DNA from: Podarcis gaigeae
Lineage: Eukaryota
DNA length: 64,000 nt
Strand: one strand, 5' to 3'
Assembly (NCBI GenBank): GCA_964106915.2
Contig: OZ066914.1
The notes beneath the pieces were generated by a model. It saw only the letters and a program-made list of their open reading frames with translations. It was not told the DNA's origin and ran no database searches. The translations under genes and the position numbers were made by a program. Shown one piece after another: positions 1-13,369 of this stretch. The first letter of the stretch is position 1; every line of letters starts with the position of its first letter.

Positions 1-249
1 TGAGTGAGTGAGTGAGTCAGGCAGTTGAGAAATTACAAGTGTGAGGGGCGCTCTCTGATCTTCTGAGCATCAATTGCAACCATTCTCTCTCTCCCCCCCC
101 CCCCGCCTTCCTCAGAGATCTTTGTGGTTTCTTGCTCCTTTCTCCGCTTACTTGTCCTGTAGGTGCAGATCAGGACAGGACAAGGGGTTAAGCAATGGCC
201 TGTAATCTCAGACACATGGACCACTTAGAAGTCCTTGGCATATGAGACC

Positions 250-365
250 ACTGCATTGCTGAAGCTGATCTGATCTAGGTCAGATGGATGAGTGACCCTC
301 TCCCACAGAGCTATCTGTGTGCCACCTTGAATTCCATAATGGACGAAAGGCAGGATATAAATGTA
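250..365 (+). mobile_element. Degraded SINE, possibly 5S-rRNA-derived with a LINE-like tail
   Basis: ctgaagctgatctgatctaggtcagatggatgagtgacc loosely follows the 5S internal promoter region, then a gccaccttgaattccat...gaaaggcaggatataaatgta tail. Confidence 0.35.
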
Positions 366-2484
366 GGAAAACAAACACTTACAAACCTCTCTCCTGCATG
401 AAAGGTAGAAATGCAGTTTTTATGTGCACTGTCAGGGTTTTAAAATGATTGGCCATGCAGGAAAGTATATTTACAACTGCATTTCAATCTTCTTTCATTT
501 TCATGAAACCTGTGAAGAGGTGTTCTACCTGAAGTGCTTTTTTGTTTTTCAGTCTGCCATTTCACATTTTTTACATTTTCCCTGCAGAAAAGTGATGGGA
601 GGAAAAGCTTTTTCAATTTCACCAATATTGGGAACAGCTTCACCCACTCTTCCTTTCCCTGCTGCTCCATAGCTGCTGCTGCTTCAAGAAAGAGAAGAGG
701 GGAGTTTCCTCTTCAAAAGGGCATGTGGGGGATGCATACTGATTCCCCCCCCCCCCCCCCCGAACTGTCAAGGCCCTGTTTCCCTAGAGAGCAGAGAAAA
801 GGACAGTAAAGAAAATAGTTGAGCAAGCTCGGAGGATATCTGTGGGGTTGCATCATAGTCTAAACCAGAGCAAGGTGGAGTAGGCAAATGCCCTTGAGGG
901 GTGTCTTCTCCCACGGCACCTGGGATGGTTATGGTATAACATTTAAAGAGGTGAAAACACAACCTGTGAATAGTGAAAATGTGGCATTAACAGGTAACTA
1001 TCATTTTACCATTTGTGTCCAGTGGAAGGAATCTAGGATGGCCAAATTATTACTTTTTTATGTCTGGCTATGAAATAATTTTGCTTGAAGGAATTTTCTT
1101 GTAGGTCATTCTGTTCATGATGTAAAAACTGCCAGATTACCGTGGTTTTGTATCACTTCTGTTGGTTCTGTCTAACACTAGTTTTATGTGCAATGTTGTA
1201 CAATCATTATTCTATTCCTCCTAATCACAATCTTATTAAGCAGGTCATTGCACTCCTTCCCAACTAAAATTGTGAGGGAGATACTCTTGGCAGTGATACC
1301 TAAGGAATCCATGGTGACAACTGGAATTTGGACCCAAATTTCCCTAGGTAGTCAAGCAATCCACTTTGTTGCATTGGCTCATTGTTCAGATGTGTTTATT
1401 TTCACAGTGAGGTTCCAGGAAAATGAAGGTGTAGTTACTGACAAAGCAGTATGCAAACACTAAAGGAGATGCTATATATGCCTCCCCAGCTATACAAATG
1501 TGGAACCATAAAACTGCTTCAAATATTAATTGTGTACTAGCCCAAAGAGCTATGGTAGTGCTCAACGTCCTGCTAGCATGATTTGTGGAATGTGTATTGC
1601 CAAAATAGATATGATTTCCTTACATATACTTTGCAGCTTCTGATTGTAACACAGATCTATCTACCTGGCCTCTGTAGGTTAGGTTAACAACATAGTTGCC
1701 TTAGTTTAATTCAGATGCCCAGACAGAAAGGAAAGCGATACTGACAGCTGTTGGTTGATGAATGTTCTTAGGTTGTCTTTGGTTTGTGTGCTGTGCTCCT
1801 CCAGACTCTGGAAGTGCTCCAGTACACCTTACAATGTACACCTCATTGCAATTCACTGGGTGTCTTTTTCATCAGAGAGGTTTTGAACTAAGTAAGCTAG
1901 AGGGAATTTCCTAGAGAGATGTGTCTTCTGCAGTACCAACAACATAGATGAAATGGCCAGCTTTGCTTGTTACCAATTCCCTTGACAACACACATATACT
2001 TCTGTCTTATAGGCAGGCAGGCACACTCATCCAGGCATGCTCCTCAGTTGATATACTGGAAGATCAAATAGCATGTGTGAATGAGCAATCGAAGACATGA
2101 AATAATCTTATCACCTCATTTTAAAAGAAGTCAGTGGAACTGGTTTACATATTCAGCTGTGAGTAATCAAGTGATGTATGTGAATGTGAGAACCAGCTTT
2201 AGTGATGAAACCTAGAGAAATATTCATTATGTATTAACGTGATCCTCTAAATGGAAAGTGGATGACTTCTTCTAACAAAACAGATCCATTAGCCACCAAC
2301 AGTCAACTTACCTACAATTTGTTGTTCGTTCTCAACTTTAACTGTGTGTAAATTACCTATCCGATACTCCTCAAAAATACCGGTAAGCAAGATTTTATAT
2401 AGCATCACATTCACTGTAAGGAAGATTTACTTTTTTCAGTGTACCCCACCAGTAAATTTCCCATTGCAATGGCTCATGAACTCG

Positions 2485-2570
2485 TATGCTTATCTGTAAA
2501 ATGGGAATAATTATGACCTAATGCAGGTTTGTGGCAAGGCTGAATAAGAGTTTGTAAAGCATTATATAAC
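2485..2570. mobile_element. MIR/CORE-SINE-like fragment
   Basis: atctgtaaaatgggaataat core motif followed by ...tgtaaagca. Confidence 0.45.
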
Positions 2571-3399
2571 ATAAGAAATTCATCATATAATCTACTGGAA
2601 GGTTGTTGGCATTGGCAAATATCATTTGTCACTTCATCTTTGTCATATTGTTAAATCAGTAAACATTTGCAACCAAAATGTGTGTGTGTGTTACTTTTGG
2701 GGTGGAAATAGGCTTTACTATGAGCCACATTTGATAATCCTCAGTTACTCAAAATGAGCTGACCTGTAGATATGTACAGGAACAATAAGAAATATTAGTC
2801 CTCATCAAGACTATGGAATAGATCTCAAGAGGAGATAGATCTATGGAATAGATCTCAAGACCTTTAATGCTAAACAATGCAAACTCTGCACATTTCTGAT
2901 GAGAAAAATCAATTTATTTGTTGTGAATCTCTTCCCCCCCCCCCCCAAACATAGGGCATGAATCTTAAATGGTAACTTTCAGGTATTTCCATTTTGATGA
3001 AGAATGTTATGGGTTAAAAGTCAAATTATCTTAATTCTTGCTTTGCTACCAGTACATACATACTGAGAATTGAGATCCATGGTCGTGCATGATTAAAACA
3101 TGTAACTATGAAAGCAAAGATACCAGAATTCAAATGCAAGCTACTTAAGCAAAGTATGAAGGCTTTGCATTAAAAAAAAATACAAGATTAGATGCTCAAG
3201 TGCTGTAAAGTTTTGCTAAATATAAAATAACCAAGCACATAGGAGAACAAGTCTTGCTTACACAGCCAGCATAACTTCTGCAAGGGCGAGTCCTGTCTCA
3301 CAACCGATTATAAGTTATTTGGGAGTTTTAAGTATACTGATAGCTGTTTCAGCTTGCAGAGTATACTTGGACTTTCAAAAAGACTCCTGAGGTAAGCTT

Positions 3400-3897
3400 A
3401 GTTGAGTAAAAAGATGCGAGGTTCTGTGATTCAAGGGGACGGAGCAATTCCCTATGAGGAAAGCATTCAGGACCTTTTAGAGAAAAGGCAAGGAAGTGGT
3501 GACTTGCATGCATGCAAGGAATTGTTCATGGCTTGGAGAAAGTGCATGAAGTCTGCCTCCTCAACACTAGAACTCGGGGACATCTCATGAATCGGAATTT
3601 TGGAAGGTTCAGGAAAGGTGATAATACCTCTCCAAGCATTGGTGGCCATCTACTTAGGTGGCTTTAAAAGAAGATTAGACGAATTCATGGAGATAAGGCT
3701 ATCAATGGCTGCTAGCTACAATGGCTGTGCTGTGCCTCTAGTTTCTGAGGCAGTAAAGTTCTGAATACCAGGAGTCAGAAACCATAGGAGGGAAGAGTGG
3801 TCTTGTGCCTGGCTCCTACTTACTGGTTTCCCACAGGCATCTGGTTGGCCACCGTGAGAACAGGATACTGGATGCATCAGGCTGTTATGTTCTGATG
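3400..3897 (+). mobile_element. CR1 LINE 3' remnant
   Basis: Decayed ORF2 end (cctatgaggaaag, tagagaaaaggc, ggctttaaaagaagattagacgaattcatgg), then a 3' UTR ending ttatgttctgatg. Confidence 0.7.
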
Positions 3898-4001
3898 CAT
3901 AACACTATTCGATTGGAGAAATAGCCACGATGGTACTGTAGTGCTGTAAGAATTGCCAATGAAGGCCGTTTAACTTCTTAAGAATGCTTTTGACTAAGAT
4001 A

Positions 4002-4206
4002 CAGTGGTACCTCGGGTTAAGAACTTAATTTGTTCTGGAGGTCCGTTCTTAACCTGAAACTGTTCCTAACCTGAGGTACCACTTTAGCTAATGGGGCTTC
4101 CTGCTGCTGCCGTGCTGCATCCTGAAGCAAAGTTCTTAACCCGAGGTACTATTTCTGGGTTAGTGGAGTCTGTAACCTGAAGTGTCTGTAACCCGAGGTA
4201 CCACTG
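4002..4206. mobile_element. Tc1/mariner(pogo)-type MITE, family A copy 1
   Basis: TIR cagtggtacctcgggtta...taacccgaggtaccactg; TA on the left flank; internal sequence shared with copies at 12529, 39817 and 42251. Confidence 0.9.
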
Positions 4207-5087
4207 TGCTCTGATTTATTATTCTTCCTTTTGTCATTTTGGAGAAGGCAGGTTGAGACACCCTGCCCTGCTCCTAATGTGCGCCAGAGTCTCTTGACTA
4301 TGCCAGTGGGATCCTAGAAGAATGTAAATAGCATTTGGGGCTGAGAGCAGTATGTTTCTGAAGCACCGGAAGAGCACATGTTACTTTCACATCAATGTAA
4401 GCAGAGGCTTACATAATGCTTCTTAAAATCAGTTGGCAGGAAATTCCACTGGGATAGAGAACTTGCTCATCCAGAAACAGTCAGAATCTTTTGATACAGA
4501 ACAAGAGCCACTGAAAAAATAATAAGGCGAATCCTAAACTCTTGTCTCCCTGCTATTAAGTGTCTGTTGCATAGGACATGCGTCCTTATGGATTTCTTGG
4601 GTTTTGAAGTTACACTGCTTGACTCATTTGCAGTACCCTAAGCATGAGACTGTTTGAGAGCAGCTTTGCTTATCTGGATGGCCTGGTGTGTGTGGGTGTG
4701 TTGACACAAGGCAGCGGCAGAGATAACAGGCTTGTATTGTGTGTTACTGAGTCTTACTTCCCTGATTGAAATGCTCTTGTTTAACTTGATTGCAAGCCAT
4801 CTGCCCAAAGATGATGAGCCCTCTTGGCTAAAGCAGCACCTTCTAGTATATAAAAAACTCCTGTTTGCACATCACCTGGAAAGGTGCTGGAGTCAGCCAG
4901 GTCTCTTCCTCCTGTACTTTAGACCTTGGATTTATGTAACAGGCAATTCCTGAAAAAAGACTTGGGAAAGCTGGTTGCAAGAAACCCAACATACAGAAAT
5001 TTGCACTGCTGCTACATAGTCTACCTTTTGGTTTGTCCTAGATTACACGGGAAGGCCAAGCCACATTCTTGGCTGGGGTGGGTGCTC

Positions 5088-5190
5088 TCTGGTCTTCCAG
5101 ATGTTGCGGGACTACAACATCCATCATCCCTGCTGGCTGGCTGAGGCTGATAGAAGGCCAACAGCATCTGGAGGGCCACAGTTTCTCCTT
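5088..5190. mobile_element. Degraded palindromic non-autonomous DNA transposon (ggactacaactcccatc type)
   Basis: tccagatgttg...ggactacaac...cagcatctgga inverted arms; similar to copies at 6365, 50725 and 57655. Confidence 0.6.
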
Positions 5191-6364
5191 TGATTGTGGC
5201 CTCAATTTTAACTCAGTATTTTGAGTTCTGGACCTTGCAGAAATGGCAGGTATGTAATACATGGAGGTGCCCAGCTGGCGAGGGAGGAGGATTAAGCTGG
5301 GTGAGTTGGAAAAGAACTTGAACTTGAACTTCCATTTTCAAATTTTTCTAGCTGCTGCAGGAAGAGCAAACTGGCCACCTCCACATAAAGAGCAAGCAAC
5401 ATCAGGCAACCACCACACTTTATAGCATGCTTGTTCTCTGTAGGGTTCTTCTCTCCCATTGGCTAGATTTCCCTCTGTGATGTGTAGGGAGATCTGTTGG
5501 CCCTCTCTTCCCCGCCCCGCCATATCTCCACATTGTGTTTAGTAATGCTGGCATAATGCGTTGCTCACTGCTTCCATGAAATGCGCAGCTTACTGCATTG
5601 TTTACTAGGAAAGCATCGAGCGCAATAGAAAGTGACTGAAGTCTGATTGAATCTGAAATAAGCTTACTAATGCTGCTAGGAACTGATGTTTACCATCTTA
5701 AAAAAACAAAACTAAAAAAACAACCAAACTGGTGACCTTACCCCTCTGGTATGACTTCATCAGCTATTGGAAATACAACATATCCACCCATGTGATGTTG
5801 CTGCTCAACTGTTCTTTGTCTAGCTGGCGGGGGGGATGCCTGATGATGCCCACAAAGAGATGATTTGAAATCCCAGCTTGGACCATGAAAGTTAAATTCT
5901 ACTCTGTGTAAAGAGAGCAGCCCTTTGCTTGTTCATTAATTTTTTTTCTTTGGATAAGGAATGGCTTTTGAAGAGGAGACACCCCCCTCCATTCCCCATA
6001 CTCCCTCCCTCACATACATAAAAATCTCCTCAGGCTCCATCTGTGTTCTTCCTGGTATCTTTGGGGCAGCGCAGAAGCTAAAATCAGATGCTGACTCTGT
6101 ACAAATTATTAAGCTTCTTGTAGCAGGAGGGAATCCAGTTATGAAAGCAGAAGTAAACTCACCTCCTGCTGTGGCCATGATTCCTTCCGAAGGAACCCGT
6201 CAGGGGCAAGTTCGTGGCTGCACCCTGCTGGCAGCAAACAGCATCCTTACATGCTTTTGTGAAGAAATCTTGGTTCATTCCCAAAAGGGATTTAGGTGAG
6301 AAAGAAGGGGGGGGGGGAAACAAAGCAAAAATAAAATAATAAACTAAATGGCATCTAGCCATTA

Positions 6365-6490
6365 CCCCAACTTGGTAACCTCCAGATGTTTTGGAGTATG
6401 GCTCCCATTAATCTTGACCAATGGTTGTGGTGCTGAGGGCTGATGGGGATTGGAGTCCAAAAACCACTGGAGGGGACCACTTTGCTGGCC
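6365..6490. mobile_element. Degraded palindromic MITE (same type as 5088)
   Basis: cctccagatgttttgga...tccaaaaaccactggagg inverted arms. Confidence 0.55.
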
Positions 6491-9400
6491 ATGGAGTTCA
6501 GTGACCACTGTGAAGCAAGTATGGTGACGGGGAGAGGACCCACGAGAGGTGTCCTTCCTGCACCACCTGCAGTTGCCAACCCAGTTTCCTTTACGCAAGG
6601 GTTCATCTTCTAGAATGCTGCAGCAGCCTTTGTACTTCCTGCTCACAAGATTTGGGAAGTTAAAGCTTGTTAGAATGGGCTATGTAGCTCACAGTTCTTT
6701 GTCAAGATATATCCGTCCACCATCCAAGGATGTCATCTTTTTGTCCAGACGTCATGTATCCCAGAGGATATATTTAGATGCCAGCTAGCTGTATGCATGA
6801 TTATTTCCAGGTATGGCTGGTCAAGTGGGATCAAAATGTCTCACAGGGAAGACTCGCACATGGAATTTGCACAAGATATATATGCAGCAATGACTGCATA
6901 TATAAATAGTTATTCGTTAAATAACTATGAGGTTGAATTCTCAAATATGAAGGAAGCAGAACTATCTCAAACTGGAAATTGTGGGTGTTAAAACTTGTGA
7001 GGAAATAATGTGTTAAAAAATGGGAATGATTTTCCAGAGCAAACTCCATTTGAGTCCTAACAGGAAAAGAACGATACAAGGCTTTGTCATAGTTACGTAT
7101 GTGGTTGTAAATACCTATTTTACCATTGAGTTTCCAGGATGAAGAAAAGTATTAATCTGATGTTGCTTATTAGGGCCTTCACAAATCTAGGACAGGATTT
7201 TGGGGGAATTGTGTTGCTTCAGTGCTGAGTTCCAAACAGGCGGACTGTTGCTTTGCCTGAACAAATTTCCATGCTAGGAGGCATGTGGCAAGCCCCATCC
7301 CTCTTAGGAACTGTGTGACAGAAGTAGAAAGCTTGAAGCATAACCGTTCTGCAGCACTAGGCCTTTCTCGTTTTTGGCTGAGCATTCAGCCCAATACTTG
7401 GCCCAGTGTAGAAAGATGGCGGGGGCGAGGCACGTTTATCAGCTACCAGCCTTCCCACCAATAACATTTGCTAATAACAATGACTTGTAGGGGCTCTTGT
7501 GGAGTCTTGTCTCCTTTCCCTTGTGATTACTAGCACTGAACAGCCAAGGGCATTCTGCTCATGTCTAACCCAAAGCACCCTGGTTCTTAGCCTCAGTCAA
7601 TTAAATCCTCTGCCTTACCAGGCTTTGAAATTTTAATCTGTGATTTGCGAGTTGCTTAAACAAGAATGGCTTGGAGCTGCTGGCCCTCTGACCCATTAAT
7701 TAGACTACGGCTTCTACTGAAGTCACAAATTTTGACCAAGAGGCAAAGTGGAGAGGAGAGGCCTGTATTATGGGAAGTTCTGAACACCCGTAGAACCTTT
7801 TCAAATGTCAATGGCTTGTTCCACTGGGGTTTCTAGAATCAACAATGGATGGATTCAACTAAGGATGAGCACATCATGGACTGCAAGTAAAGTGTTGCGC
7901 TGGAGCACCTCGACTTTGGCTGCTGTGGCCGATGCCCACATGGAGAAGCACAATTGGGCTTGCTGCCACAGAATACCTCAGGAAGGAGCCAGCTGAGGCA
8001 CTCAGGGCTCAGAATCTTGCTCAAGCCCTTCCTCCTCACGATCTCTTCATTTTCCACACCATGCTTAAGTAATAGTTTGTTGTACGGTGGCCAGCAATTC
8101 CTTTCCGCTGCTCTGTAGTGGTTGGGGGGGACGGGACCAGAAGCATCTCCCGTGTAGTGAGGAGGCTTCTCCTGTCAGGCATAAAACTTTAATCAGAAAC
8201 AGTCATCAGCCTTGAAATGGGAACAGCAAGCTGCAGAAGTCAAATCATCAATAAAATATTAAATGGCAGAAATGTATTATTGACGCCACCTCTACGCAAA
8301 GCTCACCCCCCCCTAAAAAACCACACCCAAAGGAGGAGGAATGTAGAACATGGAGATGTTCTGCCTTTTTTGTCATAGATGTGCAGATGCTTTTAAATGA
8401 GAGCATATGCCCATTGTTCATTGGCTTTCAGGAATAATAACCATCCATCTAGCCTGCTACTGGTGTGATGAAGTGAGAGCAAGAGATTTGTGAGGCCCAC
8501 CAGCTAAGGAAAGCTCTTTAACTTGACTGGTGGCATGTCACAAGAAGTACAGCTTCCTCTTTACATAAATAGCAGAGCAGAATGGCTTCAAGATGCTTGG
8601 GGCTGAAGTGTTTCTCTCTCTCTCCCTCTGCCTCTCTGCTAAGTGAAGGTATCTTGTTTAAAGGTGATACTGGGCAGAAGCAAAGCGATACTCTACATTC
8701 TGTAGAGCAGTCTTCCCTAACCAAACTGAAAGAATGAGAGGAGAGGGCTGCTGTAGAGAATTTTGGGAGTAGGGTATTTGTGGAGGTCTTTCGTGTTCTT
8801 CAATGAGATTTTCTCCTACCACTAACATTCACAAGGTAAGACTGCAGTAATGGTATCCTGGGCAAAAAAGGCCCATCTCCCTGTTGAGTGGGGTAGTCCG
8901 GCAGCAGCGAGAGCTCCCATGTGCCATTTTGGAGCCCTTGGAGTGGGTTTTTTTCTGGACTTTTGGTTCACTGATGTCCTCTTTGGGCTCTGAGGAGGGT
9001 CTCCTTGTGAGGCACAAAGACTTTCAATCTCCCTCCCGCCATTCCAGGTTAGAATTTATTTATTTATTTCCCAGCACAACTGGCAGAGACGCCTGTGCCT
9101 GTGCTGTTTCTCATGCCAGAACAGAGGTATTCAAGGGTATTTTATCCTTCTTACCATGTTTATGTGAACATATGCGTCTCTAACTTCCCCCAAACATCAT
9201 GTGCAGGTGTTTCCCTGAGAAACTAAATTCCAAGTCCACCCAGAAAACTAAATATAAGTCATCTACACGCATATTCAACACTCATTTTAAGTTGCAGCAA
9301 GCCTTTAAGTCATCCCAGCATGAAGGTTGCCTACATTTCTAAAGAAATCTGTGTCCCGTCTGACCCAACACGGCAAATAAAAATGGTTTGTAGCAGAGTT

Positions 9401-10386
9401 AGCTGTTTGCAAACCAAATCCAATTAGCTGGCCTTTGGCACCATTAAAAATGTTGGTTTGAGGATGTGTTGCAGAATGTTCTTGTTTGTACAATGCCTCT
9501 AAAAGATAAAACAGTTTAAAAATAAATGTCAGTTTTAGACTTAGTAAAGCTTTTGCATGCATAAATTAAATGTCATAAAATATTCACTGTCAACGTACTA
9601 TTGATTAGTTGTGATGAGGGGGTGGAAATAGGTGATTACCTTCAACTAATTTGTTTTAGGTATAGGAATGCAGGTTTTTGAGCGGCACAGAATTCATGAG
9701 CAGAGAACTAAGGTCTGTCAGTTTCGGGAGGGAGATTCTCTTTAGTCTTATGTGGGCTTACAGGAAAAAAATTAATACCATTTGCAGGAGACCTGAATCA
9801 GATCAGGACTATGGTACTGGGGGCACAGAATCCTTTGCAGTGCAGACCCCTACAACTGGACTCCTCAGATGCTGTGTTAGTAGCCCATTGACTTCACAAA
9901 GCGTATAGGGAAAGGGAGAAAATAATCTCTTTCATGGAGCCAAAACGGACACATCTTGCATTCTGCTTGGCCCTGGTTCTATTTTTTTTTGTACCAAATG
10001 TCATCATAAGGCACCAGCAGCCATTATTCTATGGATTTTATTAGCATATTAAACTCAACTGGCTTTGCAGCTATTCAGCTATGTTTTATAGCTAACCCAC
10101 AAAATCTCCTAGACAGCAGCAAGAGTAAAATACTAAGTAGATGGCAGTAGTGTAAACACCACTTTCAGACTTCCCTGACTGAGGGAATTTCAGAAAGGCA
10201 AAATAGTAGCTATAATATCCTGAAGGGTTCATTAACAAATCCTGTCCCATAGGACAGATTTGAAGTTGATTTTACTTTCTCTAATTTAGAGGATCCCACC
10301 CACCCCCCAGGCAGGTAATGTCTATTGTGCTGCTGCCACAACAGGTTCGCAGAATCCATTTTGTCAGAAATCATTAACACTGCAGC

Positions 10387-10522
10387 CAGTGCTTTTTCTG
10401 GGGGTACTCAAGGATATGCAGTACTAGCACCTCCCCTCCCTCATGTTGAAAGTGTGGCACTTATTATAACAACTTCATGGTGCATACAGGGACATAGTTT
10501 TTTCTAAACAAAAAAATCACTG
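10387..10522. mobile_element. hAT-type MITE with perfect 8-bp TSD
   Basis: TIR cagtgcttttt...aaaaatcactg, flanked by actgcagc at 10379-10386 and 10523-10530. Confidence 0.85.
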
Positions 10523-11499
10523 ACTGCAGCCATCTCAAAATGCACACAATGAAGGAAAATTAGACATTGATGTGATGTTTTCTTGGAATTTCCATATTAC
10601 TGGGGATAAAGCCTTCAAAAGTTAAAATAAAATAAATGGGGGGGGGGGGGACACAAAACACATGGCACATAATGTGGACTCTATCCTTGGTGGCTTATGA
10701 ATACATATGAGCAGAAGCCCGTGATGTGTGCTGTTAACCATCAATACTTTCTGTGACATTCTTTACAAAGAGTTATTGAGCTTTGTTTCCCACTGCAACA
10801 GCAATGGAGCTGTAGGAGGGTACGTGTAAGACAAGACGGTTTTATTTCTAGAACAGTTTGATGGGCTGGATCGATAGTCAGGAATTGCAAGCATCTTAAC
10901 TGTCTTGTGTGCAAAAGCCAAACAATGGCATCAGAAGCTGACTTGATATTGTTGGTGGAGTGGCTCAGTGGCACTGTTCTTAAAGCAATTTATCCATTTG
11001 ATGTGCTTACAAAGGAGATTATTTTGTGGCCCTATTTTGAACTGGAAAACCAGTGTAAAGCACAAAGGGAAGATCCAACACATTGCAGGACACTGTGGAA
11101 TTTGAATGGCTTATATTGGCCTCAAAACAATACAGGATGGAAGGGCTATGCAGACAGGAGCATGCCCAATTTGCAGTAGTTCGTACTGAGTTGTATGGTT
11201 TCAGCTGGGAGACTTTGAAGTTTTTCTCTTGCTCCTGGCACTACTGCCAGGGATGCTTACATACTTCTTCTGACCCCATTTGGTATGATACTTGCGGTGT
11301 TCATTAGAGACCATACTGTTTTCAAGTGGACATGCTAGGATTTGAGTATGGGACAAAGCTTTTTCTCTGCTACTGAGCCATGGCCCCTTCTATTTCAAGA
11401 TCTTTGTTTTTTTTCCCACTGCATCTTGGTAAAAGTTGGATCTAGTAGAATTAAAATGGATCCTGCTTAATTTACATTTTGGTCTTCAATAAATTACAA

Positions 11500-12290
11500 T
11501 CTAGAGCCATTTCACTCGGGGTTCAGGCCCAGTTTTGACACAGAAACTGCTTTGGTTGCCTGGTATGGTAACTTCTGTTGGGAGAGAGAAGGGTAATGTG
11601 TCTCTGTTAATTCTCTTTGACCTCTCAGCAGCTTTCCATACCATCAGCCATGGTATACTTCTGGAGGAAGTGGTGGTTCCCGTCCTACTTGAATGGTTGT
11701 TTCCAGAGGGTGGTGCTTGGTGAATGCTCTTTGGCCCCATTGAACCATCAATGTGGGGTTCCTCAGAGTTCATTTTTATCCTCAATCTACATGGAACTGC
11801 TGAGTGGGGTTATCCAGAGTTTTGGAGTATGCTGCCAGCAATATGTGATGACACACAGCTCTGCTTATCCTTTACATCTGCAGGTGTGGCAGTGGATATG
11901 CTGGACCATTGTGGTGCCTCTGGGTTAGATTACTGCAATGGGTTATATGTGGGGCTGACTCTGAAGATGGTTTGGAAACTTCAGTTACTGCAGAATCAGG
12001 TGGCCAGCAAGATGGTTTGAGCATATTACAGTGTACTGGCTGCCTATTAGTTTCCATGCCCAATTCTAAGTATAGGTTTTGACCTATAAAGTAATAAATG
12101 GCTCAAGACCGCTATACCTGAAGGACCGCCTCCCCCCATATAAACTGTCCCAGATTCTGCATTCATCTTCTGAGGCCCTTCTTTGTATGCCTCCTCCACA
12201 TGAGATCTGGAGGGTGGCAACACAAGAATGGCCTTTTCTGTGGTGGCTCCCCATTTGTGGAATGCTCTGGCCAGAGGCTCACCTGATGCC
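11500..12290 (+). mobile_element. L2-clade LINE remnant with decayed reverse transcriptase
   Basis: Frameshifted RT motifs SLLILFDLSAAFHTISHGILL and CGVPQSSFLS, then LDYCNGLYVGL and YKVINGSRPLYLKDRL typical of L2 ORF2 ends. Confidence 0.85.
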
Positions 12291-12528
12291 ATGTAAAGAG
12301 TGGGCTCCACTGGTGGCACTGGCATGTAGAAACAAATATTTGTGAAAATAAAAGAATTATTTGAGCAGCTGTTTAACACAGCACCATGAAATCCACCCAG
12401 ACTCTCCTCCCACTGGGTTTCTGGACCTGCTATTTAGTGCACTTTTTTTTTTTTGCTTTTTAAAAATTCCTTTCATATTATTTTACTCCCTCCCAAGTAA
12501 CCAAGTGAGTGCCTCCAGGTTGACAATA

Positions 12529-12771
12529 CAATGGTACCCTCAGGTTAAGTACTTAATTCATTCCGGAGGTCCGTACTTAACCTGAAACTGTTCTTAACCT
12601 GAAGCACCACTTCAGCTAATGGGGCCTCCCGCTGCTGCCGCGCCGCCGGAGCATGATTTTTGTTCTCATTCTGAAGCAAGGTTTTTAATCTGAAGCACTA
12701 TTTCTGGGTTAGCAGAGTCTGTAATCTGAAGCGTATGTAACCTGAAACATATGTAACCTGAGGTACCACTG
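12529..12771. mobile_element. Tc1/mariner(pogo)-type MITE, family A copy 2
   Basis: ta-caatggtaccctcaggtta...taacctgaggtaccactg-ta. Confidence 0.9.
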
Positions 12772-12987
12772 TAATGGAGTCCAAATAGGGCCCTCGAAAA
12801 CAAAAGAGCAAGCTCCAGTAACCCAAAGTGTGCCGAAGTACAAAAGGTGGCTCTATGAGGCAAAACCTCCCAAATGCAGCCCAAGCATGCTCAGGAGCCA
12901 CAAAGTGTTTCTGAAAAATTAAAACTGAGTGCAGAGTGTTAATTTGTTTGCTTGTGCCCCTAACAGCAGAAAGGGCGGAGCAGTCCT

Positions 12988-13369
12988 CCCCACCAGAGAA
13001 GAATGGCAAATTAAACTATTGGACTATGCTGAAATGGCAAGACTGATTGGGAAGCTCAGGAACCAAAAAGACCAAAACTTTAACAAAGAATGGAAAAAAA
13101 ATATATAATTTATCTTGGAGACCACTGTAAGCAGATAGAAACATTAGCAGGATTACAATAACACTTTCAATGTAGCAAGTACTATGAAGTTAATGGAGTT
13201 ATATAAAATATGGTCTATTGAAAAATATGCAGTTGAAAAGGTTAATAATAGGACCCATGGAGGGGAAATTGGGAAGTCCAGAGATTTGGAGGAATTTCCA
13301 AATGTGTATGTGTATGGTTGTATTGTTATAATTTTATATTTTAAAATCAAATAAAAATTATTTCAAAAA
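12988..13369 (+). mobile_element. 5'-truncated L1-clade LINE with A-rich tail and 20-bp TSD
   Basis: Encodes PTREEWQIKLLDYAEMARLIGKLRNQKDQNFNKEWKK (L1 ORF2 C-terminal style); aataaa and A-rich end; TSD agaaaggg(c/t)ggagcagtcct at 12968-12987 and 13370-13389. Confidence 0.85.
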
